A stretch of 53,629 bases of DNA, filler included, from Stramenopiles sp. TOSAG23-6 (Eukaryota), in NCBI GenBank assembly GCA_900128565.1. It is 2 parts of 2 records of this genome, joined end to end, with 100 filler letters (N's around TTAATTAATTAA, not from the genome) between each part and the next. Parts side by side here need not be neighbours in the genome. Positions count along the whole stretch, not along the records: positions 1 to 26,790 come from LT635984.1; 1 more part is not named here. The stretch is one strand, 5' to 3'. Within the stretch, counting starts at the first letter, position 1, and each line of letters opens with the position of its first letter. This document shows, piece by piece, positions 1-11,419 of the stretch. The notes beneath the pieces were generated by a model. That model saw nothing but the letters and a program-made list of their open reading frames with translations. It was not told the origin of the DNA and did not search any database. The position numbers and the translations under genes were made by a program.

Positions 1-553
1 TTTCAGCATCATCATCAGTGACCATTTCACCACCCGAATCAGAATCAGAACTTGAGTTTGCTTTAGATTTTGTTTTCTTTTTTTTCTTTGATGTTTTCTT
101 TTTGATATATTTACGCTTGACGCGTTTTTCTTTGTCACCATCTTCATACAATATATCGAATGTACCATCACTATGTGTACCGACAACTTTACCTTTGTAG
201 AACTTCGATTTCCCACCATATCTTGCTTCAATCTTATCACCCTCTTCAATTTCAGCATCATCATCAGTGACCATTTCACCACCCGAATCAGAATCAGAAC
301 TTGAGTTTGCTTTAGATTTTGTTTTCTTTTTTTTCTTTGATGTTTTCTTTTTGATATATTTACGCTTGACGCGTTTTTCTTTGTCACCATCTTCATACAA
401 TATATCGAATGTACCATCACTATGTGTACCGACAACTTTACCTTTGTAGAACTTCGATTTCCCACCATATCTTGCTTCAATCTTATCACCCTCTTCAATT
501 TCAGCATCATCATCAGTGACCATTTCACCACCCGAATCAGAATCAGAACTTGA
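1..553. repeat. 249-bp coding tandem repeat (about 2.2 copies visible)
   Basis: 1-249 matches 250-498, with a partial third copy; shadow ORFs recur at 18/267/516. Confidence 0.95.
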
Positions 554-1426
554 ATTTACTTTTAGCGTCTTTTTTGGACGGGTTTCACTTTTAATATATT
601 TGGGTTTAACACGCGTTTCAGTTTCACCATCGTCATATAGAACATCGTATGTGCCATCATGGCGAACTCGAGTAATTTTACCCTTGAAATATCTCCCTCG
701 ACCTTTGTAGTCGGCCTGAATTCGATCGCCTCGAGAAATTTCTCCTTGTTTATTAGAATCATCTGAGGAACTTGATTTCCAGCCATTATGTTTTCTATGA
801 GGACTGGTGCTATAATCTATGCTTTGAATGTGACTTCGTGGAACCCTAGATGCAGTATCTCCGTCTGCATAGCGAATGTCAAACGTATCATCATATCTTA
901 TCCGAGTAATAGTACCAGTAAAAAATGCCTTACTTCCGTTGTACCGAGCTTTGACTTTGTCACCCTCATGCCACTTACGATTTCTTCCACCTGCTTCATC
1001 GCCAGAAGTTGCGTCTCGGCTATTGTATCTACTTGAAAGTTTACGAATTAGTTTTGGTCGAACTCGTCTTTCGGAGTCACCATCGTCGTATCGGATGTCA
1101 TAAGTGTTGTCCGCTCTTCGTCTAGTTATTATTCCCTTAAAATACTTTTGTCCACCACCAAAACAAGCTTCTATTTTATCTCCTTCTTCGAAATGATTAG
1201 AGTTACGCCTGTCATTGTCGTCATCACTGAAGTCTCGGAAACGACTGCTGCTTCTTCTATTCCGTCCACCGTGCCGGTCATCGTCTGAGTTTCCTCCAAA
1301 ACCTGACGCTGTTGATCGACGAAAGGCGCTCTCATCATCAATATTTCTTACACTTGAACGGTGATAGGATCGATCTGTACCCGAGGTAAATCGACCTCGG
1401 CTACCCCACTCTCGATCATTCGGCAT
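1..1426 (-). CDS. Multi-Tudor/Agenet-like repeat protein (3' end outside window)
   Basis: ATG at 1426; the frame stays open off the left end, so it is absent from the ORF track. At least 5 units of the type EGDKIEARYGGKSKFYKGKVVGTHSDGTFDILYEDGDKEKRV. Confidence 0.85.
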   Translation of the reverse strand, partial: MPNDREWGSRGRFTSGTDRSYHRSSVRNIDDESAFRRSTASGFGGNSDDDRHGGRNRRSSSRFRDFSDDDNDRRNSNHFEEGDKIEACFGGGQKYFKGIITRRRADNTYDIRYDDGDSERRVRPKLIRKLSSRYNSRDATSGDEAGGRNRKWHEGDKVKARYNGSKAFFTGTITRIRYDDTFDIRYADGDTASRVPRSHIQSIDYSTSPHRKHNGWKSSSSDDSNKQGEISRGDRIQADYKGRGRYFKGKITRVRHDGTYDVLYDDGETETRVKPKYIKSETRPKKTLKVNSSSDSDSGGEMVTDDDAEIEEGDKIEARYGGKSKFYKGKVVGTHSDGTFDILYEDGDKEKRVKRKYIKKKTSKKKKKTKSKANSSSDSDSGGEMVTDDDAEIEEGDKIEARYGGKSKFYKGKVVGTHSDGTFDILYEDGDKEKRVKRKYIKKKTSKKKKKTKSKANSSSDSDSGGEMVTDDDAE

Positions 1427-1717
1427 TAAAAAAGGCAATTCTTATAATTGCAGCCAAGTACGTTAGATCTATCTTTCTTTGAAACTTTCTTCTTCGACGG
1501 TTATTTTTGCATTTCCAAATTGTGAGGAAGTCTCTTTTTAGGTACGATTATTTGTATACAATTTTTGAAGCAAATCATATCTTTCACGGCTGTAACGTCA
1601 TTTTGGATTTCCTTTGAAGTCGTCTTTCCCTCGTGTGTATACTACAAACGGAGGAAACATATCCATTTACCCCCCCCCCCCCTCTCTCCCCCACTCCCCC
1701 CCGGAAGTAACTGAAAG

Positions 1718-2949
1718 ATGGGAATATGTTCAGCAAAACAAACAGACCCTAACTTGAACTCTGAGTTTGCGGATCCTGGAGGATACAAGTTGAGAAAGAA
1801 ATATACTGTGTCTGAAAATCTAATTGGAAAAGGCCACTATGCGTTTGTCTACAAAGGAACTGAGAACGCTTCGGGAAAACCTGTTGCTATAAAAGTTATT
1901 CAGAAAGCAAAGAGTAGTATCGAAAGGTTATTTATTGAAATTGATATTATGAGAAAGCTCGGCTCTCATCCAAACCTCGTGGAGTTGTATGACGTATACG
2001 ATGATTCAGAAAGTAATGAATTAAGTTTGGTTATGGAGTATCTTGACGGTGGTGAGCTCTTTGAATACCTCGAGCAGAACGGAAACTACGCCGAAAAGGA
2101 TGCTGCGAAACTTGCGTATCATATTGCGCAAGGGCTTAAATATTTACACGACCGAAATATTGTTCACAGGGATTTGAAGCCAGAGAATTTGCTTCTAAAA
2201 GAAGATGCAGTTTACTCCGAAGTGAAACTTGCCGATTTTGGCCTCGCAAAGATTTTGAAAAAGGATACAAAGTTGCTCGATACCATATGTGGTACATGGG
2301 CATATGCAGCCCCTGAAGTAAAACAACAAGAGATAAGTGGAAAGTCTGGATACACAGCAAAAGTAGATAACTGGAGCTTTGGGGTAATAGTATTCGTTCT
2401 TATTAGTGTACGTTTTATTTTTTTTTTAATTTCGAATTTATTTTTCGTACGAAATTTTGTACCTAACGAATTTTTTTTTTAAATAATTTTTCACAATACG
2501 TGGGTATCATCCATTTGATCCATCTGGAGTAACGAGCGACGAAGATATGCAGGAAGCTATCAACGCCTGTAAATTTGATTATAATGATCCCATATGGATC
2601 CCAGTTTCAAAGGAAGGAAAAGATCTTATTTCAGCATGTGTGTTTTATTTTTTTTCAAATTCTATTTTTTTTTCATACGAAATTTTGTACCTAACATTTT
2701 TTTTTAATTTTTTTTGAAATATTTTTCCAAAATACATGTGTGAAACTTGATCCGAGTAGTAGACTGTCTACTGAAGAAATATTGGAACATCCTTGGTTTA
2801 AAAAAATGCTTGGCGATGAACTTACTCTTGATAAAGATCATCACACCAGAAGTCATTCTTTAGAAAAATTGAAGGAAACAAATCAAAAACGCAAACAATT
2901 CAAAGCTGATGTCAACACTGACATGGTTGGTGTAAATGTCAAATCCTAG
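1718..2949 (+). CDS. CaMK-family Ser/Thr kinase, 3 exons (1718-2407, 2502-2637, 2738-2949), about 345 aa
   Basis: GKGHYA, VAIK, HRDLKPEN, DFG and APE motifs. Splicing restores VLISGYHPFD and DLISACVKLDPSSR. MGIC N-terminus suggests acylation. Confidence 0.93.
2408..2501 (+). mobile_element. Introner-like intron, GT...GT
   Basis: agt|GTACGTTTT...GTACCTAAC...CACAATACGT|ggg; the exon ends in GT (2-bp duplication). Confidence 0.9.
2638..2737 (+). mobile_element. Introner-like intron, GT...AT
   Basis: cat|GTGTGTTTT...GTACCTAAC...CCAAAATACAT|gtg. Confidence 0.9.
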
Positions 2950-3021
2950 AGTTTTTACATTTTATCACCGAGATGTGATCAACATTGATTTTTACAATTA
3001 AAAACATTTTTGATGTATTTA

Positions 3022-3146
3022 GTAAATAGTCGTATAATATTTATTATTATAAAATGCATGTAATTATTACTTTTTCTTTATGTATGTAAATAGCCGTATA
3101 ATATTTATTATTATAAAATGCATGTAATTATTACTTTTTCTTTATG
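3022..3146. repeat. 64-bp-period tandem duplication between convergent genes
   Basis: gtaaatag(t/c)cgtataatatttattattataaaatgcatgtaattattactttttctttatgt occurs twice; the second copy contains the stop of the - strand gene. Confidence 0.9.
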
Positions 3147-4131
3147 TTTTTGTTTTCACATTTCTTTTTTTTGTTTTCACGATTTTTTGTATATTCATGT
3201 TTTGACAGAAAGTATTTTGCCGCCGTATCAATTTTCACGTCATTTTCTATTTTAGAATCTTTGAAATAATTCTCTTCTCCAGGTCGGAGGCCATGTTGTT
3301 TCAATAATTCAACGATATGTTGTATTGTCGTACTTTCAATACCTCCAGTATTTACATTCCTACATGTATTTTGGAAAAATATTTGAAAAAAAAAACGTTA
3401 GGTACAAAATGTCGTACGAAAAAAAAATAGATTTTGAAAAAAAAATAAAACATACATAGAGTACAAGAATATTCTTGAAACTCTTTTAAAGTAAAACGAG
3501 CATTATAGAACTTTCCATACTTTTCAGGGTTAGCTTTTCTAGAACCTTTTATTCCAATTACGAAAGTTTCAATGAATTTATCACATTTTCTTCCGACTTT
3601 GAAATGCTTGAGATTTTTCATTCGATCAAGGAAAGAATATATACCAGAATGTATGCTAAGAATCATCATATTAAGTTCGTGTTCCGATATAGACACTGGT
3701 ATTGTTTTTCGAGGTTGCTCGTCATCTTGGTCTTGAATGTCATTTTGGTCAAATTTAAAAAGTTCAAAAAGTGCTGCAAGTTTTTCGTTTATTGTGGCGT
3801 CACAGAAAACGTAATATCCTGCAAATAAAGCATGCGCATCAATCCCATGAATCTCATTTTTTATATTACCGTTGCTACATAAAAAAAGTGAAAATATATA
3901 TGTTTTAAATGCATCAGATGGTTTTGAAGTCGGTGGACGCCCTGGAATTTCTCTAAAAAGTAAATCTAAACCATTAAAGCCGTCAAGCTCTAGGATTAGA
4001 GAGCCGTGTAAATGTTTTTTCCAACGCATCTCTAGTATTTTAACTTCTTTTAAAGTGCAACAAGGAGGTGAAAATGACCAATCTTCTTCATCAAATACAT
4101 GAGGTCGTGGTATTGATTGTGCGCCGCCCAT
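3131..4131 (-). CDS. Putative myristoylated protein with degenerate EF-hand (calcineurin-B/recoverin-like), 2 exons, about 302 aa
   Basis: MGGAQS start; EKLAALFELF...ISEHELNMMI. Removing 3364-3455 gives an open frame to TAA at 3131. Confidence 0.65.
3364..3455 (-). mobile_element. Introner-like intron, GT...AT
   Basis: ctat|GTATGTTTT...GTACCTAAC...CCAAAATACAT|gtag. Confidence 0.9.
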
Positions 4132-4383
4132 TTTTTTTATGTCATGCAAAGTACACTGGCAAAAAGAATATTGAAAAAGTCATAGTTCTCTAAAAGTAGT
4201 TTTCATTTGTAGTAGTAGTACCTTATACTACTATAGTATAGCTAGTAGTATGATGTTGACTCAACAGTTACACTGATACAAAAGCAGGTTTGTTCCATAT
4301 ATTTGAAGTCAGCTCGACTTGTTCAGTACAAAGTGATCGTTCTGATATAAGCTCCAAGCTTGAAACGCAAAGTGCTTACTAAA

Positions 4384-6522
4384 ATGAGCGACTCTGTAGA
4401 TGGGCAAATCCGAAGCCGCAAGAGAAAAGACGCACCAAGTAGGGGGAATGCTGATGTAGCATTCCCTCGTGGTGGATTGGCGCCATCTTCTGTGACCGCA
4501 CAAGCTGCTTCAGTCTTTCCAAGTAAAAAAGTGATGAGCCATGAAAACTTATTTACAACTGGTGGTAGTACTGCAATACATAAGAAAGGAAAACGTGACA
4601 ATCGCAGTAACAAACGCCGCAAATTGGGAAAGAATAAACGTATTACATCGAATTTAGATAAATCTGTTTCAGACTCCAAGAGACGTGTTCATACGATATC
4701 GTTTAAGAACTTGAGCGTTGGTACTCTACTTCTTGGTGTAGTTCGTGAAGTTCAACCATCGTATCTCGTTGTGAGTTTACCGAATAATCTTACTGGTCGT
4801 GTCAATGCCGCGGAAGCATCCGACTTTGGACTTGAAGACATCAGTAAGGTTTTTAAGATTGGTCAATATGTTCGTTGCGTCGTTATACATTTGGAAGTAG
4901 TGAACAAAGTAAAGCGAATCGAGATTTCTATTCGCCCTTCTGTCACAAATGCAGGAATGACTTTACAAATGTTTCCAAAAGGAGGAACTATCTCATGCGA
5001 AGTAACCAGTGTTGAAGATCATGGTTATGTTGTTAGTGTTGGTGTGCCATCTGTTAGTGCATTTCTGCCGTTTAAACGATGTGCCGCCTTTGGTATCAAT
5101 GGAACTACTACTGGTTTTAAAACAAGACAAAAACTGGTACCCGGACAACTTCTAACTACTGTAGTATCTTCTATAAATGGACATTCTCGTACACTTACAC
5201 TTGCTGCAGACAGCAAAAGGAATATTTCCAGTGCTCTTACGAAAGTAGATAAATTGGCGATGCATGGGTTGAAACCCGGCATCCTTGTTGAAGTCACTGT
5301 GCGTTCTGTAGTAAATGATGGGTTAGAAGTTGATTTTCAGAGGTTATTTCAAGGTACTATTCATATTAACCACGTTGACATACCAAAACCTACTACTGAG
5401 AATACTGAAGAATCCATTGAAGATTCTAAGAGTCTTACTTGGAGGCAAAAATATGCACCAGGAACAAAAATTATGGCACGTGTGTTGATGGTAGATAATC
5501 ATGATAAGATAATACAACTATCTTTAGCAACACATTTAATTAATCTTCATTCTGCTGAAGTCGAACAATGTCTCAGTGTTGGTCAATTAATGAAAGGTAC
5601 TGTTACTCGCGTTGATGGTGGGAATGGAATTATGTTTTCTTACAGTAATGGAGATAAAACTGGTCTGGGGTATTGTCATATTTCCCGTATCAGTGACGGT
5701 CACGTCGCACGAATTGACAATTCTAAATTTAAAATTGGTACAAAGAAACAATGTCGTGTACTTGGATTTTCTCAGTTAGATGGACTCGCAGTCTTAACAA
5801 TGCAGCCTAGTGTTTTGTCCCAACAGTTGCTTTGTTTTGAGGATGCAAAACCTGGAATGGAAGTTAATGGGTCTATTGTTGCTATTGAGAAGTTTGGTGT
5901 TGTTGTTCAAATGTCTTCGCATGTGAAAGGCTTGATAACTCCAATGCATCTGAGTGACTCTCCAGCGGCTAAAGATTTCAACAAGAAATTTAAAATTGGT
6001 TCAATCATGAAATTACGTGTCCTTACAGTTGATCCAAAGAATAAGAAATTACTCCTAACAAATAAGAAAACTTTAGTTCGCTCTGATTTGACCATTATCA
6101 AGACATACAAAGAGGCGACAACAGGAAGTATTGCTCATGGATTTATCACTGCTGTTAAGTCATTCGGACTGATAGTTACATTTTATGATAATGTTCATGG
6201 TTTGATTACTATAAGTTCATTAAAGCGAATGGGTATAGACGAACCTACAGATGTGTTTAGAGTTGGTCAGATTGCGACTTGTCGAGTGGTCAAAGTTGAA
6301 GCTGCTCGTGCTCGAATGCAGCTTTCGCTCGATGTTGGCGAAGATCAGGTAGAAACATCTAAAAATCTCTTGTCTCCAGGTCAAATTGTATCAGGACATG
6401 TCATCGATTCTATTGAAATGGGTGGCGAAGAAGACGAAAAAGAAACAAATATATTGGTTAAATTATCAAATGGTGCTATTGCTTTGTTACCTGCAACACA
6501 TCTTACGGATCATCCAAATCAT
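4384..6522 (+). CDS. RRP5: rRNA biogenesis protein RRP5, N-terminal S1-repeat part only (truncated at an introner)
   Basis: AFPRGG motif, tandem S1 domains (SVEDHGYVV, HLSD, HLTDH). The C-terminal TPR region is absent. Confidence 0.9.
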
Positions 6523-6614
6523 GTATGTTTTATTCTTTTTCAAATTCGAATTTTTTTTCGTACGAAATTTTGTACCTAACGAATTTTTTTTCAAAATATT
6601 TTTCCACAATACAT
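6523..6614 (+). mobile_element. Introner-like intron, GT...AT, joining two different genes
   Basis: cat|GTATGTTTT...CACAATACAT|caa; left flank is RRP5, right flank is CPT2. Confidence 0.85.
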
Positions 6615-7425
6615 CAACTGCAGCATTTAAACATGGAAGGACTGAAACAATTCGATCTTTGACATGTAAAAGTCAATTCATGTGTAAAATATTTGATTAT
6701 CCTCCACGTTCTATTCATACAAAATATACAAAATATACAAAATCAAATGTTTCTGACAATTTTGAAAAAAATCTTCGAAATATTCAAAATGATATTGATA
6801 TTATAAAAACAATGGGATTAGCTACAAGGGCAGCATATGTCTCAAACGCTGCAGATCACCATAGTACAATTACACGCCAAGCCCTCATGGGTCAAGGGGC
6901 TGATCGTCATCTTTTTGCCTTACGACAACTTTCTTTACAGAAAAATAATAACAAAATTCAAAATTGTCCTGATATTTTTAAAAATGTTGCATGGAATAAA
7001 ATGAATACTATAATTCTTTCAACATCAACAATAAGTAGTGATTATTTACGTGGTGGAGGTTTTGGACCAGTCAATCCTGACTGTTTTGCTATTGGTTATG
7101 GTGTACGATCATATGGAAGTTTGGTTTCTATTATGAGTTTTGGTCGTGTATGTTTTATACGAATTTCTAATTTAAGTTTTTTTTTTTTTGGTTTCATACG
7201 AAATTTCGTACCTAACAAATTTGAGTTTTTTTTTTTGAAATATTTTTCACAATACGTGATTCGTCGGCTTTTGCTCGATCGTGTAAAAAAGCTGCCAATG
7301 ACATAATGGAATCTGTAGAGGCATTAAACATGGTAGAGAATGCAAAGGGCTTAAAGACTTTGAAAGAAAAGAAATTGTTTCGTAAAAGTTTAGTAAATGA
7401 AAGTATGAAAACTATGAATTTATAG
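6615..7425 (+). CDS. CPT2: Carnitine O-palmitoyltransferase 2-like, C-terminal fragment (exons 6615-7147, 7258-7425)
   Basis: STAAFKHGRTETIR, MGQGADRHLFAL, ILSTS, GGFGPVNPDCFAIGY. Confidence 0.85.
7148..7257 (+). mobile_element. Introner-like intron, GT...GT
   Basis: cgt|GTATGTTTT...CACAATACGT|gat; restores SFGRDSSAFARSC. Confidence 0.88.
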
Positions 7426-7690
7426 TTGAATAAGAATAAATGAAACCATGAAAACTATGAATGTATAGTTGAATAAGAATAAATACTTTATACATACCAA
7501 ATACAAATCTAATAATGTCATGTTCTGATTTTCTTTATATATTAGTACAAAAATTGTGACACTATAAATATACCCACGGTAGACATAGAATGTCACAGGA
7601 AACACTACAATTTTATATAGCCACAGTAGTCATAGAAGGTCACAGGAAACACTACAATTTTATATAGCACATTTACCAATTTCAGTTTAC

Positions 7691-7987
7691 TTATTGTTGC
7701 TGAGATAAACGACTTTGGACAAACTTACTTGAGTCTAAATATCGACCAGCACAATTCTCAATACATCTTTTCTCTGATGATCCCAACTTTGAACTTGTAC
7801 TGGAGACACACTTCTCCCAACATACTTCTGTAAGTTTTGCAATTACACTTTGGACCATGGCACGTTGCTGCTCTTGTTGAAGCTGATTTTTGTACTGTTC
7901 CTGCTCAGCGCGTACGCGTGATTCATCGCCATATGATCCGCTACTACCATAAGAAGAACTTCCGCCGTAGCTACCGTAACCACTCAT
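7691..7987 (-). CDS. TIM8: Mitochondrial small Tim chaperone (Tim8/Tim13 family)
   Basis: Twin CX3C: LTEVCWEKCV...EKRCIENCAGRYLD. Confidence 0.85.
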   Translation of the reverse strand: MSGYGSYGGSSSYGSSGSYGDESRVRAEQEQYKNQLQQEQQRAMVQSVIAKLTEVCWEKCVSSTSSKLGSSEKRCIENCAGRYLDSSKFVQSRLSQQQ

Positions 7988-8090
7988 TCTAGTATTATAA
8001 AGACTAAAGGTAATATTGTAGCCGCGCACGAGTCAGTAGTGTGGGTTCGTGTGATACTCTTTGGTGTTATGAAAAAAATGGTATTTATTT

Positions 8091-8103
8091 GTTACCGGGT
8101 ATC
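8091..8103. promoter_or_regulatory. Candidate promoter motif GTTACCGGGTATC
   Basis: Identical copy at 11597-11609 and a 12/13 reverse copy at 51560-51572, all upstream of start codons. Confidence 0.45.
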
Positions 8104-8274
8104 ATGAAGAAATCTCACATGAGTCAACATCATCATCATTCATTACTCTATCACTGAGAGAGTCACACACTCATTAAAACCTTAAAAATATAATTTTGAC
8201 ACAAGCAGCACGATTGAGATTATCACAGGAATACAATTACGCAAAAGTATTTTAAGTTGAATCGTTAAAAGATA

Positions 8275-9618
8275 ATGGCTACTCCATTTGCGCAGCATCC
8301 TCGTAGTTTTGCTGCAGCAACACCGGGTCAATTTAATATGCACGCGTCTGAAACGCCTACAAATACTACTCGTAGTACTAGTATGATGCCTTTACCTGCA
8401 GGGAATATATTTTCTTATACTTCTCGGAAAAAGCTTCAGCAGGTAGATCATAAAATGTCGCGTGTATTTCTTGGTCGGAAACTTCGATGTGTTCAAGTAT
8501 GTACTCAAGTTGCCCCAGGTTCCTCTATTGCAGATAGCAAAGGGCCTCTAGTATTATATGGGAGTTATAGTGGTGGAAATGGGTCTCACTTGGGTATTAT
8601 GCAGTGGTGGCCAGCGAACTCTTCGAATAATGATGACGAGATTATGACAAGCTGCCCTAGTGGTGAGCTTTTAGAGCGTTATGATGTGAATCATTCGGGT
8701 GATGTATCTGCTTGTCGTTTATTTTCTGGTTCTTCTTCGCTTTCTCCAAAAGTTGATTTATTTGCTAGTGGTTCTTCTACTGGACGCTTTGATCTACACA
8801 CACTTTGTGANGAACCTCCACCACCAGGATCAAAAGTTGGTTCTACACCTTTATTATCTTTACAACTTCATCAAGGTGCATGTGCGTCTGTTGACTACAA
8901 CCCAGCTCAACAATTTATTGTCACGGCGGGTGAAGATGGACATATCAATTTATTATTTGTTTCTGATTTACGACAAGGTAGGCAGTCACCACGCACTTCA
9001 CTTGCTGCAGATACAAGTGCAATTTACTCAGTGTTATTTCCTCGTGAAATGCAAGGCCCTATTGTTCTTACTGCTGGTGCAAGTCCATCGGCACAATTGC
9101 AATTATGGGATCTTCGCCAAAAAAAATCGTCTGTTGCACGTTTAGGCTGGCAGAAAGCAAACATAAGTCAAATAAACCAAAGGTTTGCTTGTGGTGATGG
9201 ACACTTTTGTTTAGCAGGACATCCAACTAGACCAGAGTTGTTTGCTTCTGGGGATGGCTCGGGTAACGTTTACATCTGGGATGTCAGAAAGCCATCTTTA
9301 GGTGGTGCTCTTGCAGTTCATCAGTCTCATCAGGGACCTGTTTGGGGTTTAGCATTTCATCCATCGTCGTCAACTTCATTGATTTCGTGTGGTGAAGATG
9401 GAACATTAGTATTTAATGATACCAAGAGAATGTCTGAAGCAATGAATTATAACAGTAGACATTTAAGTGATACTTTCAATCATTCAGGTATTTGTAGAGT
9501 TGTATATAGAAGCGCCGGTGCTTTAAATGACGTTGCAGTGGACCAAATATCCTCTGGTTTGTTTGTTGCGGCAGAAAATGAATCTTTATTATACACTTTC
9601 TTGGAACATAATATGTGA
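8275..9618 (+). CDS. NUP43: WD40 protein, nucleoporin Nup43-like
   Basis: HSGDV, HPTRPELFASG..G.VYIWDVR and HQGPVWGLAFHP..LISCGEDG resemble Nup43 blades. Confidence 0.75.
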   Translation: MATPFAQHPRSFAAATPGQFNMHASETPTNTTRSTSMMPLPAGNIFSYTSRKKLQQVDHKMSRVFLGRKLRCVQVCTQVAPGSSIADSKGPLVLYGSYSGGNGSHLGIMQWWPANSSNNDDEIMTSCPSGELLERYDVNHSGDVSACRLFSGSSSLSPKVDLFASGSSTGRFDLHTLCXEPPPPGSKVGSTPLLSLQLHQGACASVDYNPAQQFIVTAGEDGHINLLFVSDLRQGRQSPRTSLAADTSAIYSVLFPREMQGPIVLTAGASPSAQLQLWDLRQKKSSVARLGWQKANISQINQRFACGDGHFCLAGHPTRPELFASGDGSGNVYIWDVRKPSLGGALAVHQSHQGPVWGLAFHPSSSTSLISCGEDGTLVFNDTKRMSEAMNYNSRHLSDTFNHSGICRVVYRSAGALNDVAVDQISSGLFVAAENESLLYTFLEHNM

Positions 9619-9916
9619 ATAAATTAAAGTTTTGAGTGTTTTGAGTTGTTTTATGATGTTTTTAAGTGCATTTTATTTTTGACGAAGAGCAATCTTGAAT
9701 AAGAGTGAAAAACACAGAAGATCTTCTACTGTTGGCAATGTACTCGAGTCCTTCGAAATGAAAGTCTTACGATGATAAAATGAAAGTCTTACGATGATAA
9801 GAGAATAAAGTACAAATATAATATCTATAATGAATAAACTATGCTTTAAAGCTGTTTTACACTGTTTTATTTAATTTTCTCACTGTTTCACTTTTAACAT
9901 ACTCTACATTTAATTA

Positions 9917-11419
9917 TTACTCTTCAGTAATTGTTTGGTATACACTTACAGGTATCATAATAATACCAAATGTAAGTAAAAGAAGAGGACATAAAAGTTC
10001 TTTTACACTTTCACCAACATGTCCTTCATTCTTCCAAAACATAATACTATATGGTGATAGTACTATATTACACAAAGGTGGAAAAACAAATGCTAATGTA
10101 ACTCCTCCTAATGCACCAGCAACACTCATTACTATTGATAACTTTTCAACAAACATTGCAACTAACACAGACGCAAAAAATATTGGTAAAGTTAACACAA
10201 GGTTCCTCATCATTGGCATTTCTTTAACAGGCTTGTATGACTTACGTCCTCCAAATACCCACACATTTATAATATGACGACATACAAAGAGTGATATTGG
10301 ATATGTTAAAGCCATAGTTAAAATGTAAATGATATGGACAGCACAAATTAAAGCGGATCTATCCAGTTCAAAATTATCCAATAAATTATCCTTTGTGNTT
10401 TCACCAAATATCAAATATCCAGGTATTGCTAATGCAAGACCTATAATAAGTGCTGTAAATAAAGAGAAAGTAGTCACTTTTCCCCATCTTTTAGCAGTAT
10501 TGTTTTTCAAAGTATTAAATAGTAAAAACGAAGAATCATGGCAAACAAAAGAAAATGCGACAATGCCAAACGCTTGAAAAAGATTTTTATCCCCAAAGGA
10601 TGTAAAATCACTGGATGATATTGATCTAGTTTCATCCAAGAATCCATTCGTAGCACCATCAATCATTTTATACCACACAATACCAATAATGACAACAACT
10701 GTTAAACAAGAAAATGCTGAGGCTTTTTCAAGTCTACTTAAATCACGTAACAAGCAAAGAGGTAATACAAATATACATGATAAAATGAGAGCCATCACAG
10801 GTCTTGAAGCTAAACCAACCGAAGACATTGAGCGATCCATCACTTGTAAACCTGAATCTCGTAAAATAATTAAGTAACTACACATAGCACCAAAGTCAAA
10901 TATAAGCATTGTTACGCTTACAGCGACATGACCAAACTTTCCCAGAGTATGACGGCATAAATCTTCATAGTTTCTCTGACCTGAATTTACTCCAGTACGA
11001 ACTAAAAGACGTACAGAGTAATCCGTTAAAATAAACATCAAGATTAACAAAACCAATCCAGGAAGAAAACCAGATAACTTAAACACATAGGGAAGCCCAA
11101 CAATGCCAGCACCTACAACAGCGTTGACAAAGTTTGTAGCAGTCTGAAGCATAGTACTGGTACCCACCTCAAAATTACATTTATCTTCTGTATCTGGTGT
11201 AACGACTTCAGTGGATGAACGACGTATTGACAAAGTTGATTTTGAACTACTATCAGAGATAGGTAATTCAGGTTCACCGTTGTCATGAAAAGGATCAAGT
11301 TGGTCATACTCTTCTAAAGACCGAGGTGCTCTTGGAACACTCACAGCAGTCGCACACTCTTGACCTTCAGTAACCAATGACGAAGAAAGAGTGGATATAT
11401 TCGATGGAGAAGAAGACAT
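9917..11419 (-). CDS. Amino acid transporter (Aa_trans; SLC38A11-like)
   Basis: NFVNAVVGAGIVGLPY, AFSFVCH, about 11 hydrophobic segments. Confidence 0.9.
   Translation of the reverse strand: MSSSPSNISTLSSSLVTEGQECATAVSVPRAPRSLEEYDQLDPFHDNGEPELPISDSSSKSTLSIRRSSTEVVTPDTEDKCNFEVGTSTMLQTATNFVNAVVGAGIVGLPYVFKLSGFLPGLVLLILMFILTDYSVRLLVRTGVNSGQRNYEDLCRHTLGKFGHVAVSVTMLIFDFGAMCSYLIILRDSGLQVMDRSMSSVGLASRPVMALILSCIFVLPLCLLRDLSRLEKASAFSCLTVVVIIGIVWYKMIDGATNGFLDETRSISSSDFTSFGDKNLFQAFGIVAFSFVCHDSSFLLFNTLKNNTAKRWGKVTTFSLFTALIIGLALAIPGYLIFGEXTKDNLLDNFELDRSALICAVHIIYILTMALTYPISLFVCRHIINVWVFGGRKSYKPVKEMPMMRNLVLTLPIFFASVLVAMFVEKLSIVMSVAGALGGVTLAFVFPPLCNIVLSPYSIMFWKNEGHVGESVKELLCPLLLLTFGIIMIPVSVYQTITEE

Noticed and set aside
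1670-1702. C-rich tract upstream of the kinase (possible G-quadruplex on the - strand)
   Set aside because: A single homopolymer-rich occurrence with no further support.
2636-2735. U12-type AT-AC introns (many copies can be slid to read AT...AC)
   Set aside because: There is no RTATCCTT donor or TCCTTAAC branch; the donor is U2-like GTAYGT, and the shifted reading creates a stop in the MATE gene.
6523-6614. Helitron origin of the repeat (AT target, internal hairpin)
   Set aside because: No 5' TC or 3' CTRR termini, and the flanks are duplicated rather than split.
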